From Eledone cirrhosa (lineage: Eukaryota), in NCBI GenBank assembly GCA_964016885.1, contig OZ024744.1, positions 77,128,001 to 77,192,000 of the forward strand: 64,000 bases of DNA. Reading direction: 5' to 3'. Numbering within the stretch: position 1 is the first letter of the stretch; every line of letters begins with the position of its first letter. Both the position numbers and the translations under genes were made by a program. Shown here in pieces: positions 37,335-50,778 of the stretch. The notes beneath the pieces were generated by a model. The model did not search any database and had not been told where the DNA came from. It worked only from the letters and a program-made list of their open reading frames with translations.

Positions 37335-39336
37335 ATGGCTAATTCACCTCTGCAACAAGCAGCTGAAAGCCTTCCTCACAAATTAACACCTCACACCGAC
37401 ACCACCATTGTAAATGTTACTACATTTGCCAACACAAAAAAAAATATAAGCAGTAGCAATATTTTAAATTTGTCTCAGGCAGACATTCATTTCCCGCCAT
37501 TACCAATGACTGCAGGTGTTAAAGCCTCCACCACCACCACCACCGCGATAACCACCACCCCCACCACCACCGCGACAACAGAAACAAAAGAAGAAAAAAA
37601 TAAATTAACTCGTGATGTCGAAATGAAATCAAGCAAAATGGACTCTTCCCCACCAAAGACGACTGACGTCACCACCACCACAACTGAAACTAAAATTAAT
37701 ATTAACACAAATAACGATAACAACAACAACAACAATGACATTATAAAACCGACCCTCAGTTTCGCCATAGTAGCAAAACAGTTTGAAGCATTCACGGTAA
37801 CTCAGGAGGATTTAGAAAATGCCAAACAAATGGTAAAGAAAGATGGGTACAGGGTCAGCCTCATCCCCCCACCCCCCACCTAATAAAATGGAGCATCGGC
37901 GCCTATGCACCGTGTCGTATAGAACAATAAATGTAAAATCGCACCGAGTGGAACGGGCATCCGAGTCCCAAATCCAAAAAGCTTTGGGACATGTGTGGGC
38001 AAGAAAAACCCACATCAGACGTGGGCAAAAGTATGGAACCGTGGATGTGTTCTTTGAAACACCAGAGGAGGCTAGAGAACACTCCATGGCCCCATTAAAA
38101 AGTGACGACTTCACACTCGTCCCAAGCTATTGTGGCCAGAGACTCGTAAAGATCAGGGTGACCCACGTTCCACCGGCCATCGAAATTCCCTGGGTAATAG
38201 CGGCTGTCCTCGCCGGCATCGAAGCCAACACGAAAATAATAGCAATAGCAAAAGAAAAGCAGGAAAACTGGTCGGGATCTGGGATGGAGCTCCTGATCCA
38301 AGCGGACCAAAAAAGCATTGAGGAGATCCCAGAGGTAATAGACCTCACTGACGGCAGCCACCTCACGGTTATTGTCGAGGGCAGAAGACCTAGGTGTGTC
38401 GTTTGTGGTGAAGGAACCCACCTAAGGGCTTTCTGCCCTCAGGCTAAAAGGTTGAGGCCACCTCTCCTACCCACCCCAGTGACACAACCATCAACACCAC
38501 CAGTAGCAGAGATGGCAGCAACAACTGTAGCAGCAACAACAGAAGCAACTATAACAGCAACAACCCCAGCAACAGTAGCAAAACCAACACCACTACCACC
38601 ACCAGCAAAACCAACACCACCACCACCCAACGCTTCAGAACTAGCACCAGCGCCTACACCATCCACCACACCACAACCAAAACTAACGGCTGTGGAGGAT
38701 TTTCCACTCCCCGGCCTATCACAACTGGAGACAGATTGTGACGGTGAGGAGTGGGAAACGATATCCGGAAAAAAAAAAAGAAACCAAAAAAGAAAAAATT
38801 CTCTTCCTTCCCCCTCCAAAAACAAAATACAGAGGGAAACAAATAAATTAAGAAACAAAAAAGTTAGGACAGATATGCCACCATCCACACCAGCATCACC
38901 AACCCCATCAACCCAAACACCAACACCATCACCATCATTAACCCCAGCACCACCATCACCTACACCACAAAAGTCACCAAAATGCGAAACAGAAACAAAC
39001 CCACAACAAACGCAAACAAAACAAAACAACCAAAACGATACACACTACACAGCATTAAATTTGAACAACAACCAATTATTACACTACATCCAACACAACA
39101 CCAGCATCACAGAAAAAGACTACACAACAACCCCAAAATTCACACCACCTCCACACATACAAATCACTCGCATCACACAGAAAACGTACATGACACTAAA
39201 ACAAAAATTCCCCAAAGACATCGGAGACTTCCGACAAGCACTCTCCAGGAGGATTTATAAGGACATCCTTCCTGAGGAGGCTACAAGCAGTGAAAAGGAT
39301 GGAAAAACCGTCCTTCCCCTCCGAGAAGTAAGGTAA
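37335..39336 (+). pseudogene. D2 ORF1 (CCHC knuckle, Thr/Pro-rich), one frameshift in a C run
   Basis: ORFs 37335-37883 and 37843-39336 overlap at poly-C near 37865-37880. Confidence 0.85.
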
Positions 39337-39370
39337 GTGGTCTTTCCCATCTTTTCCACTCCTTTTCAAC

Positions 39371-42300
39371 ATGACCTCACTCAGAATAGGCAGCATAAAT
39401 GCGCGTGGCTTGGGGTCGTCATGGAATCAGGGCCACCTGCTCAACGACCTCAGGTCACTAAATATAGATGTAGTGGCCATCAGCGAGACCAGAATCTCCG
39501 AAGCACGGGCCTTCGCACCGATCTTCGGCGGCTACGATGTGTACGCATCTCCCAGCCGTCCGGGATCGGGGGGAGGAGTTGCTGTGCTTTTTCGGAGAGG
39601 TTTGGATCTTGCCATACGGGCCATCTTCCTGGACCCAGAAGGTAAGTTGGTGGTGCTGGACGTGACCAGCGGAGACGGCCAAGATTTCAGGTTAGTGGCC
39701 GTCTATGCCCCGACAGGAGCAGGGCGGCCTGATTTCTTCCGGCGTCTGGAGACCTTTCTTGGAACGTCTCGCTCTTTAGTGTTAGTGGGCGACTGGAACG
39801 GGATCTTAGATGCACGCTGGGATTGTGTGGGATTAGTGGATAGGGAAGGAGGGTGCAAGAGTCTCACCAACCTGCTCAGACGTTTTGAACTGTCTGACAG
39901 GTACCGAATGGATTTCCCGAATGTACCAATGTGGACTTGGACAAATCGCATAGGGTCATCCAGATCATATCTAGATAGAGTATTTTGTAGGGAAATAGAT
40001 AGGTCTAGCATAGGCTGTCCACAATTCAAGATAGTCAGCTACACGGACCACAAATTCGTGATCTGTGTGCTTGACTTAGATAGGCTTCATAGACGAGGAC
40101 CCGGCTACTGGAAGCTAAACGCGTCCTTACCAGCGCGCAAGGCCTACAGAGACCGGATTAGCGAACTAGTTAAGCGGGCGTTGACGGGGGCCATCGTCAA
40201 CAACAAGTGGTGGTTTGCTCTGAAAAGAGCAATTAGAATAGAGTCCATTAGGTTTAGTAAGACTTTAGCAAGAGAGAAAAATAGAGCAGAGGGAGAATTA
40301 GTTAGAAAATTAGATGAGGCGCTTAGCAAAGGCATCGCGACCGACGTACTTGCGGCGAAATTGGCCCTTGACCAATTCTTCAATGCAAAGCACGAAGGCT
40401 GCGTTGTCAGAGCTAGGGTGCGTGCTCTCAGACACGAGGGGACGAAAGCCATTCAATGGGCCCGAGTGGCGGAGGCGCGTCGTGGCAACAAAGCCACGAT
40501 CCGGTCTTTGGTGGACCACGACGGGCGCATGCTACTCGATCCCGGGCAAATGTGTGAAGCTTTTCAGCGACACTTCGCTCAACTGTTCGGGGGCAGTGGC
40601 GGGCCGGATCGAGGGATGGACTTTAGTGTCTACCTCGACGGACTGCCGCGGCTTTCGGCCACTGAGGCGGAGTGTTGCGAAAAGCCGATAACAACCGCTG
40701 AAGTACGGGATGCAATGACTAGTTGCACAAGGGGTAAATCGCCTGGTTTGGATGGTCTGCCCTATGAACTTTACGTACAAATGCCAAACTTGTTCGGAGG
40801 CCTCTTGGCGGACGTCTACTGCAACTGGCAACAGAACGGGAGAATTCCCAGCTCTGTGAGCCGATGAGCGGTGGCGCTGCTGAGAAAGGATCCGAACAAG
40901 GGGGATAACATAGATAATTTTAGGCCCATAACTCTGCTAAACACAGAGTTCAAGATTTTGGCCAAGGTGCTAGCAAAGAGGTTGGCGCTTGTTGTTGGTG
41001 GTCTAGTGGGAGAGGCACAGACATGCGCCATTCCCGACAGATCCATCCACGACAACCTCCACCTCATGCGATACATCGTAGAGAGGGTAGCTAGGGAACC
41101 TGGCACGGGTGGGTCTTTGATCAATTTAGATCAGTCGAAAGCCTTCGATAGGGTCGACCATCGTTACCTAGCGGCAGTCCTGAGGGCGGCTGGCTTTGGG
41201 CCCGTCTTCAGAGGCTGGATCGCTGCCATGCACAGCGACATCTGCTCTGTAGTGAGAGTGAACGGTCACCTTTCGGAACCGTTCAACATCATGCGCTCGG
41301 TCCGCCAAGGATGTCCCCTCTCGTCCCTATTGTACGTATTGACTCTCGAGCCATTACTGCACAAACTGGAGACGTTGAGGGGGGTCCCGCGCGAACTAGG
41401 ATGCGGAAGATCCGTGTCAGCATATGCGGACGATGTCACCGTAGTGGTGTCGAACGCCAAACACATCGAGGCGATCGGCACTACACTAAGAGAATACGAA
41501 GCGGTGACAGGAGCAATGATCAACCAGGAAAAGTCAGTGGGCCTGCAGCTCGGCACCTGGAGAGGCAGGTCCATGCCGTCCAACAGCGTCGTCGGACGCT
41601 GGACGGACGGACCGGTTAAATTGCTAGGGGTCTGGTTCGGTCCGGACCTCCAGACGGACAAAAACTGGGACGAGGTGACGAGCAGGGTGGCTTCTCTCAC
41701 CCAGAAATGGGCGGAGAGGAAGCTATCCCTGAAAGGTCGAGCGGAGGTGGCTAACGCGTACATCGCGTCTGTCATCTGCTACCGCCTGACCGTCGTACCT
41801 TGTCCTAAGCCTCGCCTGACTGCGCTGGAGCGTTTGCTCTTTCGCTTTTTGTGGAAGGGACGTGCTCCGATGGTCAGGCGGTCCATCTGTTGTCAACACC
41901 CGCTACGTGGAGGGCTGGGCATGCCGTGGCTGATGATGCGCAGGCACGCGCTCAGGCTACGACATCTCCACCTCTTCCTCGACGGTGATCAGGTGTGGTC
42001 GCCGTTTGCTAGGCGCGTATTTCCCCAGCTCGTTTCCTTGATGGAGCTGCAGTCCTGGGTCAAGCGAAGACCGAGAGGGAGTGCCTGGAGACTGGAATGT
42101 CTTCAGGCGCTCACAGCCCTCGACCAATCGGGCAATGTGATCGGTGGAAACTCCACCTCGGCGTTCTATAGAGGATTAGTGGAGGGTAAGAGCGACGACG
42201 TACTTGGGGAAACTCTAGGCGTCGACGAAAATCAACTAGCCAATCTCTTCGGAAGAACTTTCGGGCCGGGGCCTATGGACAACTTCCAGAAATCTCTGGC

Positions 42301-42790
42301 CTGGCAGTGCTACCGAGGAGCCTTGCCAGTTCGGGATAAACTCTACAGGCATGGAGGTGCCGTCAGCCGGGCATGTCCGAGATGCGCGCAGGGCGACGAA
42401 ACCGTCCTGCACGCACTCGTCCAGTGTCCGAAAATTGCTGACTTGTGGGTTTATGTCGAACACCTGCTGTCGCGTTTAGGACGGATCCGGCTATCATCTG
42501 AGTCCATCGTGAGGATTGCCCCGCCCTCCTCCTTTAGCCGGGAAGGGCAGGCAGTTTTTATCTGTCTGGTGGCCATGGCGAAAGAGATAGTATGGTGGAC
42601 ACGTTTGAAAGGGCTGAAGACGAGCACTTACCTCTTCGGTGATGCTCTGATTGACTTTTTCAAATTTCATTTGAAAAGGAAAATCAGAGTAGAGAGGGAA
42701 GTGCTCTCTTCCCAGCATTTTGTTGAAAGATGGGTGAGAGAAGCAAGAATGGCCCTAGTGAATGGGCCTACTCTGAGTATATATCTGTAA
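39371..42790 (+). pseudogene. D2 ORF2 (APE + RT + Cys motif), single in-frame TGA
   Basis: 39371-40867 and 40871-42790 are in the same frame; GDWN, SYLD, TDH, QGCPLS, YADD, CPRC...HALVQC. Confidence 0.92.
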
Positions 42791-43049
42791 ATTAAAGGTG
42801 GAAAACTGGGAGAGGGCACTTGCCTTGGTGGTCAGGGTCATTGTGGCTTTTTACTGGGCTTTCTCCACAAATGTCCCTCCGAAGTCTCCCCCCTATTGGG
42901 GAATTTTTCATTGTTATTTTCATTGTTATTTTTGTTACATCCTCTGTTTTTGTTTTTTACACGCAGAAATGCCCATTTGTACCGTCCTGCATTGTCCTGC
43001 ACTGTCCTTAATGTCTACTTTATGTAAACCCTTGTGGTTAATAAAGAAA

Positions 43050-43099
<50 letters not shown>

Positions 43100-43102
43100 T
43101 GC

Positions 43103-43235
43103 CTTCTTCTTCTTCTTCTTCTTCTTCTTCTTCTTCTTCTTCTTCTTCTTCTTCTTCTTCTTCTTCTTCTTCTTCTTCTTCTTCTTCTTCTTTGCCTTCT
43201 TCTTCTTCGCCCACTTATTCCTGAGAGGATCGTGG
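43103..43235 (-). mobile_element. Extreme 3' end of the Rex3-like RTE with (GAA)n tail
   Basis: CCCACTTATTCCTGAGAGG is the reverse complement of the 20450-20468 end. Confidence 0.8.
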
Positions 43236-43377
43236 GCACACACACGCACACACAGACACACACACACACATACACACACACACACACTCATGCGCACACA
43301 CACACATAGACAAATTCGTTATGTGAAAGAACTATTCTTGCTCCTAAAAGTGTGATGGTTCGTTCAGTCAATATTCA

Positions 43378-43590
43378 ACGGTAGATTCACAGTATCGGTA
43401 GAGCGTCGGACGACATCCTATATGGTATAGAGTTACATCCCTTTACGATCTGATTTCAAATCCTGCCGAGATTAGCTTTGCCTTTCATCCCTACGGAGTC
43501 GATAAAATAAAGTACCAGTAATTCACTGAGATCGATTTAGTCGACTTTCCCCTCCCCCCCAAAACATTATTGGCCTTGTGTCTAAATCAG
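43378..43590 (+). mobile_element. Diverged tRNA-derived SINE
   Basis: AGTATCGGTAGAGCGTCGGAC...GCCTTTCATCCCTACGGAGTCGATAAAATAAAGTACCAG. Confidence 0.85.
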
Positions 43591-43735
43591 TTACCTTAAT
43601 TCAAATTCTACTTTGACATGCCTGGTGAATCAAGAATCTTTTGACAATGTCGTAAATAATGACCAAGTTGTGCACTCTTTTTTTTTTCCAAGAAATATTT
43701 TTTTTGTGGTGATGTATTTGTTTTTCAAGCAATAA

Positions 43736-43779
43736 TCACTGAAGATGTCTCAGAAAAATGTGTGACGAAAGAACTTTGA
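43736..43779 (+). ncRNA. Hammerhead-like motif, family H3 (element extends to ~43962)
   Basis: tca CTGAAGA t gtc...gac GAAA gaac TT tga; downstream end TGACCCTCCCCAAATATAACAATAT shared with 52201 and 58645. Confidence 0.55.
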
Positions 43780-44626
43780 GAAATTACATTTATATTTATA
43801 TTTTTAACTGTTGGTCAATCAATGATAAATATTGATTGCCAGCAAAATTATTTATAGAAATATAAAGATATACTGAAGCGAAAACCAAAACAAATAGTGA
43901 GTGTCTTTTACTATTTCGGCAATATTAGGACCATGTGACCCTCCCCAAATATAACAATATTTTTTTTATTTTCTAAAATGTTGGTTATTAAATATTTACA
44001 TATTAAGTTAAAAGGAGAGAAATTTTATTTACTCCATTTTGTACACATAAACACAATTTCAGTAATATATAATGAATATATAATATTCAAACTTTTTTTT
44101 TAATTTAAATTATTTATTAAATTTTCATAATTAATTATATAAATAATGAAGAAAGTGAGAAGGGGTATGACAAGGAAGAAAAGAGCAAGGATTATTAGGC
44201 TACGAAAGGAAGAGTGGGGAAAGAGATATGGTAACTGGCTCTATGCCTAGGTCGGGGTGGTGTTCGGCTGTGAATTATCCTATTGAATCCCTGAAGTCTT
44301 TTAAATCCTTGAATTGAACCCAACTCATGTTGGGTTCAATTCATGCTTGTAATATAATTTGGATCCATCAAATATGTACAATGGAACAGATGCTTCCAGA
44401 TCTTTTCGAAGCAGCCATTATAACCAGATGTCATAATTGAACAAGTGTTTTCATATCACGATTCCAATTATATTACACACTCACACGCGCACAAACACAT
44501 ACATACAAACACTCATACATACAAACACATACATATATACACACATACACATGCACATGTGTAAATATGCATGCATATTTACAATGATACATAAATGCAT
44601 ACATGTACTCATACATATATATGTAT

Positions 44627-45250
44627 GTGAATTTCGTATATTTAAAGATATACGGTATGTTTAATGAATAAACATATTGAAAGCCTAGCCATGAATTTTG
44701 AAAAGCTGACGGCTAGCGCCGTTTAGCGGATTCCAGCAGAAGCAGCGGGGGACAACTGTCTATATGCATTTCAAGCTCTGGTTCTCATTAGGACAGTGCT
44801 TCCCCTGTTCTCTGCTGGAACTTGAAGCAGGTGAAAATATATAGTTCTTTCGCCTGTGTAGGTAGGCTGATTAGTCTCATTTGCATCTGGAGCTGTGTAA
44901 GTGGACTCAACTTAAAAGTAGAATCAAAATCTAGCTCCAACATAGCTGTATACATACACATCTCCATATGCAATTGAGGCTAATCAGCCTACCTACACAG
45001 GCAAAACTATATATTTTCGCCCGTTTCAAGTCCCAGCAGAGAGCAGGGGAAGTACTGTCCTAATGAGAACCAAAGCTTGAGATGCGCATAGACAGTTTCC
45101 CTCGGTGCTTCTGCTGGAATGCAGCTGGCCGTCAGCATTTTAATATTCATAGCTAGGCTTTCTAAATGTTTATTTATTAAACATTCCGTATATCATTAGA
45201 TATACGAAATTCACATACTTGTATATATACAGCTATGTCGGAGTTAATTT
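44627..45250. mobile_element. Fold-back element, family H2, with degenerate hammerheads on both strands
   Basis: Arms 44627-44950 (-) and 44960-45215 (+); actgtc CTAATGA...GAAA tgcata TA gacagt at 44755-44797 (-) and ...GAGA tgcgca TA gacagt at 45054-45096 (+). Confidence 0.75.
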
Positions 45251-45280
45251 ATACATGCATACATAGAGACATACATACAT

Positions 45281-45857
45281 ACACTCGTTTCGAGTACGGC
45301 CACTACTTTATATCCATGTAGGAGAACCCCTACCGATACGCTGAACGAGTGTGACTTTTCAGTCCAGCCAGCGACTTGAAAACTCTGGTACAAACACTAC
45401 ACTTGTGACAATTATTGACACATAGTGCTGGGCCCATGGTACCATGTGATGACAAGTGCAGAGAGATCTCCAGATATAAAGCAATGCCTGTGCCGTGAAG
45501 CTTTTATAGTGAGCAAAGGCACTGCACAAAGCCAGTCCCACTCTCTTAACCAAGATGATATTTACCAAAAAGAAGAACAAGTCAACATCATTGGATACCA
45601 TCAGGGTTGCAGGTGTTATATCAGAGTTTTCCTTCTCCTAGAATTCTGCCTTGACAAAGGCTAAGGAGTCATCTCTCCCGGTGATTTGGGATGGCCATTG
45701 ACTCTTAAGAGCTCCTTTGCCCTTTGACAGGTTTTGTTTTTAGTCCTGCAGGATGTCCAAAGTCACCCTCCTCACCAAGAAACCTTGGTGGGGTTGCCAG
45801 TTTAGTCGCCAACGACCCGACCATGAGACAGGTTGTACTGAGATACATGTTACCAGT
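45281..45857 (-). mobile_element. Internally deleted (non-autonomous) RTE-clade element flanked by (CATA)n
   Basis: RTE-type 5' UTR motif TCTAGGAGAAGGAAAACTCTGA joined within ~250 bp to a C-terminal C2H2-like finger HKCSVCTRVFKSLAGLKSHTR. Confidence 0.65.
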
Positions 45858-45987
45858 ACATACATACATACATACATACATACATACATACATACATACA
45901 TACATACATACATGATGGCTGCCCCCTCGTTATCGAGTATGGCCATTGCACGAGAAAAAATATATATATATATATAAATATATATAT

Positions 45988-46069
<82 letters not shown>

Positions 46070-46080
46070 GTATGTATGTT

Positions 46081-49000
46081 ATCTCTTTCTCTTAATTTCG
46101 TTTGTTTTTGTTTTTGACCGGCCACCTACCTGGTGGCAAGGTTGTAAAAGAAAATAAATTGTCATCCCTTGAATCGCAAGAATGTTTTGCAAATTTTGAA
46201 GGTGCCAGCTATCGCAGCCATTTGTAGACTATGAATTAGGGAGCTGCGCTTTTTGTCCGCAAATCCAAGTTCAGTCATACTTTGGTCCAAGCGGGTTGGT
46301 ATATAACCCGTAGCTCCAATAATGATGGGTATGAAGCTAAAGGTGTATCTTGGATACTGGATTTGTAAACTCCTCATCAATGGTCCGTAGATGTCCTCCT
46401 TCTCCTGTATTTTTCTGATAACGTTTACATCAAGTGGGCAGCTGATCTCCACAACAGAACACGTTTTCAATGTGTGGTCCCAAACAACAATATCAGGCCG
46501 GTTGTGCTTTAATTTGGTGGCAGTTTTTATTTTCAGGTTCCACCACTATTCCTTAGTGCCATCTGTCTCAATATATTCTTCCTCGTTTGTTGTTAATTTT
46601 GTTTTCCGAAGTGCGTTCCAGATGGTTCTAGCTATCCCATCGTGTCTCATGGGGAGGTAGTAGCGAGATGACATTCTTTCGCAGCTGGCAACAATGTGGC
46701 TTACATCCTCGATCTTTGTTTTACATAGCCTACATTTATTGTCAGCTGCTGGCCCTCCACTTTTGTGCAGCAGATATTTGGTAGGGAGTTCTTGTTCCTG
46801 TATTGCATAGAGATATCCCTCAAGGTGTGATGTCATAAACTTGTCGGAACTCCATGCCAGGCTTTTTGAGTGGTTTATTCCCTCTATGGTCTGTGTTTTA
46901 CGTCTCAAGTATCCATGCACAACTTTTTCTGTAAATTGGTCAATTTTTTTATCTTGTTTGAACATTGAATAGGATCTTCCGATTTCTCTGGGTAAGAGAT
47001 TTATATCAGGCTTTATTCCATATCTCTCCTCCAGATTAGTCGCTATTCTAATGATATTTTTTTTTCCTGCTCATAAACCTGGGCAAGATGGTTGCCAACC
47101 TTTTTCATATGTTGTTAATATTGATTTTAGACCCCGGCCACCTTCCTTGCGTGAGAAGTATAGCCTATCCACATCACCATTGATGTTAAAGTTCCCAGTA
47201 ACACTGAGAAGTTTGCGAGTTCTAACATCCATCTCACTTAGTTCTTGCAATGACCAGTTCAGCAGGCCAAATGTTGGCGTTAGAATTGGCACAGCATAAG
47301 TATTGTGGGCAATGTATTTGTTGTACGCTGACAGTTCTGATGACCATATTTTCTTTACTCTTCTGAGGTATTCAGTTCTGGTTCTCTCCTTATTTATGGG
47401 TCCATCATATCTGACATTCTCATCCTGTCCAAGATATATGTAGTTATCACCTGACTGTAGAGGTTGTATCGTCAGGCCGTTCATCTCTAGATTTCTAGAG
47501 GAGGGCACAGCTCTTCCACGTTTTACTGCCAAATATGCACACTTGGACTCACCAAATTTCATTTTGATGTCGGTTGAAAATTGTGTAATGAGGTCCAATT
47601 GTTTCTTGATGTCATTGATATTTGGCCCATACAACTTCAGGTCATCAACAAAGAAAAGATGGGAGATACTTCTGGACCCACTTCTTTGTCCACCTTATTT
47701 CCTGAGTAGGTAAGATAGTGGATTAAGTGAGAGAACGAAGAGTAGCACTGACAAGCTATCACCCTGAAAGATGCCCTTCTGGTAATGTATCTTATCAGTC
47801 TTAACTTGCTCTTTCTCACCTCTAAGGATCAAATTGGTGTACCAGTTCTTGGTCAGGCGTTCAACAGCAGCTACCAATGGTTGTGGGACTTTGGCTAACT
47901 GTAAAGCCTTAATAATCCACCCATGAGGTACACTATCAAATGCTTTTTGATAGTCCAGCCACACCACAGTCATGTTTCTGCGATTCTTTGTTGTTTTTTC
48001 CTGAATCATTTTGTTAGCTAGTAGGTGATTTATGCAACCCCACACCTCACTCTTTCCACCAGCTTGCTCAGGGGTTATGATGTTGTTGGTAGCACAGTGA
48101 TCCTGTAAGAACAGGTTAAGGCACCCAGTATATAATTTATACATGATGTTTTGGCAGGCTATTGGGCGGTAATTTTTAGCAAGGGTGGTTTGGCTATTTG
48201 GGGGGAATGAGGAGAGTAGTGGCAGTTGATAACCATCTGGGCAGTTCTTGTGTGCCTTTAATGGTTTCTGTAAACAGCCGTATGAGATCTTGCCGATAGA
48301 AAGTGAAATTCTTCAACCAGTATCCTGTAATGAGGTCTGGGCCTGGCGATTTCCTATTCGACATTTTCTGTAGAGCTATTTCCAGTATTGACCCATCTAT
48401 GTCATATTGTTTTGTCTGGACATGTTGGCAATAGTCCTGTTCCAGTTCTTTTAGCCAATTAGTTTGTCTGTTGAATCCGTCATCCGTTTCCCATACAGAT
48501 CTCCAGTAGCTCTCAACCTGTTCTTTTGAAGGGGTGTCATTTACAGGGATTGAGCTTTTGCCACCGAAGCTGCGATAAGCTGATTTAGGATCTCTGGCAA
48601 ACAATCTATTTAGCACTTGTCGTTTATGTGCTGTTGACTTATATTTTAGTCTTTCTGTTGTAGCTGTGAGTTGTTGTTTCAACTGGTGTAATTTGGAGTT
48701 CAAAGTTTTAAATTTTGTATCTCCAAATCGTCTCTCTAACTTTTTTTTTAGGTCTTCCTGGTGTCGTGTGAAGTTGATCTCTATGTTGCATTTCATAACG
48801 ACTGCGATGTGTGAGATACTTCGTCTCAGGGACAAAATTTTGCTTTTTAAATTTCGCATCCACGCTGTTCTTCAGTGGAAGTGGGATGGATTTCAGCAAA
48901 ATTGTTGATGAGCTGTTCACTGTTAGATTTAGCTGGCCATTCTCTTTGTCTGTCAGTGGAGGTGGGGTGGTTGTCTACAAGGGCTGTATTTGTAGTATCA

Positions 49001-49175
49001 CTCAATTCCGTTAGATGTATCAATTTACATCTAATGATACGTTTTGCCTGTTCATTTAAATGCTTTGGAGAAAAGTCTAATTCTGGGGGTGTTTGGAGTT
49101 CCATAAAGTTTTTAGCCTTTGCATAAAACCGAACTTTTGGGGTTCAGATTGTTTGTATGCTTCATATAATTCTTT
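46081..49175 (-). mobile_element. Second R4-like RLE retrotransposon family, 5'-truncated and decayed
   Basis: KSPGPD, LDYQKAFDSVPH, GIFQGDSLS, FVDDL, CRLC...HIVASC, RHD, HNRPDIVV...VEISCP. Confidence 0.88.
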
Positions 49176-49234
49176 GTTAAGCTCGTAGCTCCACTGTATA
49201 CAATGGTTGTAGTTGCGATTTGGTCGAAGGAGAC

Positions 49235-49500
49235 TTGTACTTGTACTTTGGTTTATGTGGCGGTCGTTTTCCTTTAACTAACTCTCCATAAAAGAGTTGT
49301 TTTGGTATTCTAGAATCCTTCATCCTGGCAAGGTGACCACTCCAACGGAGTCGTTGCTTAAGCACAAGAGCTTCTATACTGTAACACATAGAGCTTTCCA
49401 AAATCTCGATATCACTGATGTGGTCCCTCCAGTGAACGCCATGAATCCGTCTGAGACACATGTGATGGAAACGCTCCAATTGCTTAAGGTGAACTGTAAT
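49235..49500 (-). mobile_element. RTE (BovB-like) post-RT fragment next to (TACA)n 49500-49572
   Basis: LERFHHMCLRRI...LRWSGHLARMKDSRIPKQLFYGEL. Confidence 0.85.
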
Positions 49501-49543
49501 ACATACATACATACATACATACATACATACATACATACATACA

Positions 49544-49576
<33 letters not shown>

Positions 49577-49637
49577 GAAGGTCGTCTGGTCCATACTAAG
49601 CTTGACCTCGTCTTGCACTTTATGTCTGATCCTTCCT

Positions 49638-50548
49638 GGGTACCTGAGACGAAAAGCGCAGATCATTGAGGTTATAAACCACACTAAAAGCCTGACATGG
49701 AGTTCCGACAAATTTATAACATCCTTCCTTGAAGGATACCTCCATGGAATCTAGGCACAAGAAATCCCTACAAATTACCTGCTTCACAAAAGAGGAAGGT
49801 CATCGGTTGACAATAAATGTAGACTGTGTAAAACAAAGATTGAAAATGTTAGCCATATGAGGATTGATGCGATAGCTAGAACGATCTAGAAGGCATTACA
49901 GAAGACGAAAATCAAACCAGATAGGGAAGAATATGTTGAGATTGGTGGCTCAAATACTGGTGGAGCCTAAAAATAAAAACTGCCTCCAATTTAAAGCATA
50001 ATCGGTCTGATATCCTTTTTGGGCCCACACATTAAAAACATGCTCTGTTGTAAAAGTTAGCTGCCCACTTGATGTCAATATGGTGAGAAGAATACAAGAA
50101 AAGGAAGAAATATACGGACCATAGATGGGGATTTTGCAGATCCAGTATCCAAGAGACACATTCAGCTTCATACTCGTTATTATTGGAGCAACAGGTTGAC
50201 TTTGCCTTTCATCCTTACGGGGTCGATAAAATAAAGTATCAGTAATGCACTGGGTAATTGCTGGCCTTGTGCCTAAAGTAGAAACAATTATTGGAGCAAC
50301 AGGTTATGTGCCAATTGGCCTGGACTAAACTATAACTGAACTTGGATTTGTGAAGAAAGAACGTCACTTCTTAATTCATAAGCTACAAATGGCTACGATA
50401 TCTGGAACCTTCAAAATCTGTAAAACATATTTACGATATTCAAAGAATGAACACTTATACAAGAGACAATGACAATTTCCTTTTCTTTACAACCTTGCCA
50501 CCGGGAAGGTGACCGGTCAAAAATAAAATCAAAATTAAGAGAAAGATA
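49638..50548 (+). mobile_element. Older 3' fragment of the same R4-like family, opposite strand
   Basis: GYLRRK...WSSDKF, DNKCRLCKTKIE, SCPLDVN; 3' end CAACCTTGCCACC...AATTAAGAGAAAGATA as at 46081. Confidence 0.85.
50198..50286 (+). mobile_element. 5'-truncated SINE with 19-bp TSD
   Basis: ATTATTGGAGCAACAGGTT at 50179 and 50287. Confidence 0.9.
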
Positions 50549-50577
50549 GTATATATATATGGGGTGGGTGGGGCAAG

Positions 50578-50778
<201 letters not shown>

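Larger units (their letters stand above)
37127..43051 (+). mobile_element. Full-length, near-intact Tx1 family D copy D2 in (ATT)n
   Basis: (TTA)n 37104-37126, start GGCGACC, two ORFs, end AATAAAGAAATC, then (ATT)n 43052-43099. Confidence 0.95.

Noticed and set aside
40865-40867. In-frame TGA in D2 ORF2 as selenocysteine or programmed readthrough
   Set aside because: D1 and C have GGA and A2/A3 have a Gly codon at this position, so it is a point mutation.
45640-45857. HDV-like ribozyme in the RTE leader (also 19590-19740)
   Set aside because: I could not assign the nested double pseudoknot by eye; only a simple hairpin is evident.
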